Positions 60,488-64,000 of a stretch of DNA of 64,000 nt are shown one piece after another. Position 1 is the first letter of the stretch; the number at the start of each line of letters is the position of its first letter. The position numbers were made by a program, and so were the translations under genes. This stretch comes from Amphiscolops sp. MND2022. Lineage: Eukaryota. The stretch covers positions 54,436,001 to 54,500,000 of the forward strand of contig OZ076421.1 of NCBI GenBank assembly GCA_964187785.1. Direction: 5' to 3'. The notes under the pieces are model-generated. The model searched no databases. It was not told where the DNA came from and saw nothing but the letters and a program-made list of their open reading frames with translations.

Positions 60488-60737
60488 CTATTTTGGGAGG
60501 GGAATAGGATCTAAATAATAAGATCTAAAATTTAGTGATTTTAGATCTTATTCCCTTTAGATCTTATTCCCGTCCTGAAATTTTAGATCTTATTCCCTTT
60601 GGATCTTAATCCCATTTTTTCTTTAGATCTTATTCCCATGAGATTTTATACTCGTCCTGAAATTTTAGATCTTGTTCCCTTTGGATCTTATTCCCTTTTT
60701 TCACTTTAGATCTTATTCCCCCCTCCTACTAAAATAG
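60488..60737. repeat. Fold-back/MITE-like element with internal TTTAGATCTTATTCCC repeats
   Basis: About 9 copies of the agatcttattccc motif. The ends ctatttt..ggaggggaataggatctaaa and tttagatcttattcccccctcc..aaaatag are inverted. Confidence 0.75.
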
Positions 60738-61476
60738 TCAAGTAACTAAATAGTCAAGTGATGGAGCGTGGAGATTTGGCAGAATTTGCAAAAAAAAACG
60801 CAACACAGATGATGATTTTCCTCCCCATTGAAAATGCGGGTCGGAAAATACCAATGATGGAACTATTGAGTATATTTGAGCATTTGAGTACGTTTTTTCT
60901 TAACTGGTGAAAAGAATGGCTGTTTTTTTTACTTTTTCAATCATGAGTGATTCCATTGAAGCTCAAGTATTCCCAAAAGGTATGGACTGCTGCAATTAAC
61001 TATTGAAAACAAAAATAGTGGCTGTATGCTTTTCGCTTTAAATATTCGAAAACCGTACATAAATTGCAAATACTCTTGGTATTTTGAGGAAAAAACTTGT
61101 TTCAAATAGAAAGATGATAATCCCCACAGATAATTACGCCACAAAATTATTGGTAGTGTAGATTTACAGACCAATTGCTGTTTTTAATATACAAAAATTG
61201 GCAAATTTGAGCAAAAGCCATCCATAAACTCTGCCGATGGACCCCACTTAAGTCTCAAATAGTTCTTTCTTTTGAATATGATCAAGAGAGTTTTCAAATT
61301 TCAAAGAAAGTCCTGAAAATCCATCTCTGCCAAATATTCAACTTGGCCCCTTTTGATACAAAAATGGCCTTTCTTTATTGAAAACATATAAAAAAAGGTT
61401 TCTTTGATGAAATGAAAAACAAACCTCTAAGATTCTCATGGTGCCAAAAAAAGAAAATTTTGCTTTATTAATATAG

Positions 61477-61973
61477 CTAATAACCTCCAAGAGCAGTTGA
61501 GAAGCTTCAAGATGATACTATGCGACGAAGCCAAGGACCGAATAAATCGAATTTTGCTAGAAAACGTGAGAAAAGAGCAACATTTGGTTCTGTTCACCGC
61601 AGAAAAGAAAAGAAACGTGGACCCACGGTTTGAACAGTTCCTTCTCAGAAGTTGCCTCCGATCAACTTCCCAGTTGGCATGGGTCTCAAACACTTACCAT
61701 GCGAGACAGTTGAAACATGTCTCAGTACATACGGCCTCTCCATCCAAGACTTTTCACGGTGAATATCCAGACGTGAGATGGGCCGACGAATCCTGTCCAG
61801 CTGAAAAGTCAAATGGAAATGACTTCATGCGAAAAAGCGTCGAAGCAATTCGTGAACTTGCTGCTGAACCCGGACTTGATTTTGTTGTGGTGCCCTTGAT
61901 ACGAAAAGATCTTCTTCAGAAAATAGTTGACGACCTGAGTAGAGATCATCTATGTAACGTCGACGAAGACTTG
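61477..61973 (+). CDS. Exon 5: Walker B (ILCDE) and LRSCLRST motif
   Basis: Acceptor aatatag|ct is phase-compatible with exon 4. The 497-nt exon ends phase 0 at TTG|GTTGAG; this donor is less certain. Confidence 0.75.
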
Positions 61974-62349
61974 GTTGAGAAAAAGACTTTTCTTGTCAAA
62001 ATCTTTCTGAATTACCCCTTGCAAAGTAACGTACTTTCCATAGAATTTTTTTCAATTTTTGAAAGTTTTTTCTCATTGTGGAATTCTTTCATCTATCATA
62101 TATTTGCTGGAATAGGCATTTTTAGTCGGCGTTTTCGAAGAAAATCCCGACTCTTACAGTGGCTAGTTTTTTTTCGTCAGTTCAACGCGATCGGTCCACT
62201 TTTTTGATCATTTTTTCATCATCAACTTTAACTACGGACCTCCAAAACATACTCGAAACGCCAGACCTCGTCTAAAACAAAAACATCGACGTCCAGAAGT
62301 CCAGAACCTCGATAACATAGGATCTCTCCTTTTGGTGTTTTTCACTCGG

Positions 62350-62670
62350 ATTTTTTTTTGGCACTATGCGACTTTTTTAAAAGCTTTTTGGATTCCACCA
62401 AAGGGTCCCACCTTCATTTTTTTTATATTTTGCAACACAATGGATGTCAAAAAATCCCAAAGGATCCCCCCTATTACATTTTTCGGCACTGTGACACTGT
62501 TTTAAAATCTCAATTTCAAATTTTTTCGAATTTTTTTGATGTCTCCAAAGGGTCCTCCCTTTAATTTTGATATTTTGCAACCACCTGGAGTTTCACAAAG
62601 CCTAAAGGGTCCCCCCTTTTACAATTTTGAGCCTTAGATATAGCGCCAACTTTGGCCGTTACCGGCTTGT
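62350..62670 (-). repeat. GGGGACCCTTT interspersed repeat family, copy 3 (intron 5)
   Basis: aaagggtcccc motifs, reverse complement of the 43.8-kb and 46.2-kb copies. Confidence 0.8.
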
Positions 62671-62885
62671 TTGTCTTTGCTACATGGGATGAAAGCTATA
62701 GTTTTTGGAATACTTGCATGCAAATGATGGTAGGTTTGACTGGTGACTAGAGATTGACGTTACACGGGAACACTTGCTCTCTTGATAACATTCTAACATC
62801 GAAGAACATCCCGGAGAATGTTTTAAGAATGAGGAGCTTGGAAGTTCTTTAGAGTTAGTATTTTTCTCAAACATTTCTCAACCAG

Positions 62886-64000
62886 GGAACGCTGCATCTC
62901 AAGAGTGGCGTCGAAGTTGAAAAACGAAAACGAAATCAAACCAAAATCAACTTTTTCCATCCTCGCACAATCGAAGGTTTCGAATTTTCAAAAGTTCTAA
63001 TTTTGCTCGAGAACAACAGCAAGAGTTTCTTCCAATTTACAGACAGTGATTTCTTCACTGCTTGTACAAGAGCCTGTCTCAAGCTGCTGGTCGTAACTGA
63101 TGCATGCACTGAGCAAAATGAAGTCTGGTGGCAAGATATCTACCGAGATTTTCTAAGAAGTGAGGTGGACAAACTTTTAACTGAAATTTCATCCGATGAA
63201 AAAACTCCATTTGTGATGTTTGTTGGACAAATGGAACATTTGCTTGAATCTTTGAAATTCTGCAGAACGGAACAAGGACCTGAATACTTAAGTTTCCCAT
63301 CGACCGTTTACGAAAAAGATGGGCGAAGATTTTTCCATTCTGATGACGTATATCTGGAATCAGATTTGGCAGAAATGTCAGAAAAGGGGGTCAAAAGAAT
63401 ATTATTCATGGATGACAACATTACCAATTTATGGCAACACTACTTCACAGCTCTTTCACGTTGGTTCTGTTTCGACTTCAGCCGTCGGCATGCGAACTGT
63501 TTTCAGGTCGAGGATTGGTTGGAGATTGTTCATGAATTGAACTTCCAGATGAAATTCCGTAGAGCTTTTCTTCGGCGAATTTCAGGCCACGCCGATGTCA
63601 CGTTTCCTCGTTTCTGGCTCAAGTTGGAGATGAATTCTTTGCCTTCTCCTGTATTAATTGGTTGGGAAAAGTGGATAATGAAAGCGGAAAAATGCCATGA
63701 AAAAGGATACATTACACAAGCTATTTTCATTTATGAGTGTGGAATGAAAACTTTACAACAGCAAATCACGTCTAATGGACCACAAAGCTCTCTTCGGAAG
63801 AAACTCGCTGATTTATCACGTTTTGTTTCCGAAGTTTATATCAAAAGTATAAAAATTATTGTCGAAGAAAGCAAATGTTCGTACTGGGTCCCAACCACCC
63901 AATATGAAGTATGTTTGCTGAAAGCTTTCAGACATGCTGCGAATGCCCTCAAATGGCATGCCTCTGATGCCAATTCCAAGTTTCAACTACTTGAACGAAT
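62886..64000 (+). CDS. Exon 6: helicase motifs V/VI (UvrD_C_2-like) and helical TPR-like tail; runs off the window
   Basis: Open frame of about 371 codons to the window end, absent from the ORF track because it has no stop. TIEGFEFSKVLIL (62967), FFTACTRACLKLLVV (~63051), WEKWIMKAEKCHEKGYITQAIFIYECG (~63660). Confidence 0.85.

Noticed and set aside
1-64000. Species assignment (repeat style recalls acoel flatworm assemblies)
   Set aside because: An impression from memory only; it cannot be verified without a database search.

Overview
AT-rich, intron-containing eukaryotic (animal-like) DNA dominated by mobile elements; no prokaryotic features and no CRISPR. From left to right: (1) a decayed Ty3/Gypsy integrase (2.5-4.2 kb). 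(2) A decayed minus-strand gene with a C2H2/BED-like zinc finger that resembles a hAT-like DDE transposase (4.4-8.7 kb). A ~757-bp segment of its 5' region has been amplified into exactly 8 tandem units (7947-14558), and the leftmost unit is interrupted by a 543-bp MITE with an 8-bp TSD. (3) An uninterrupted 307-codon orphan ORF flanked by GACCTNAGGTC palindromes. (4) A truncated Gypsy LTR-gag-protease (17.1-19.9 kb). (5) A ~15.9-kb decayed Gypsy element with both LTRs and ~6 kb of extra ORFs after pol, including a macrodomain-like and a possible SGNH-like remnant (23847-39731, minus strand). (6) Dispersed repeats/SINEs and an internally deleted LTR element (47492-50042). (7) A six-exon host gene (51157 to past the window end) that I reconstruct as a NERD-type nuclease domain + SF1/Schlafen-like helicase + helical TPR-like tail, with a near full-length antisense LINE filling its third intron. 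All domain calls come from motifs I read and translated by eye; no database search was run.
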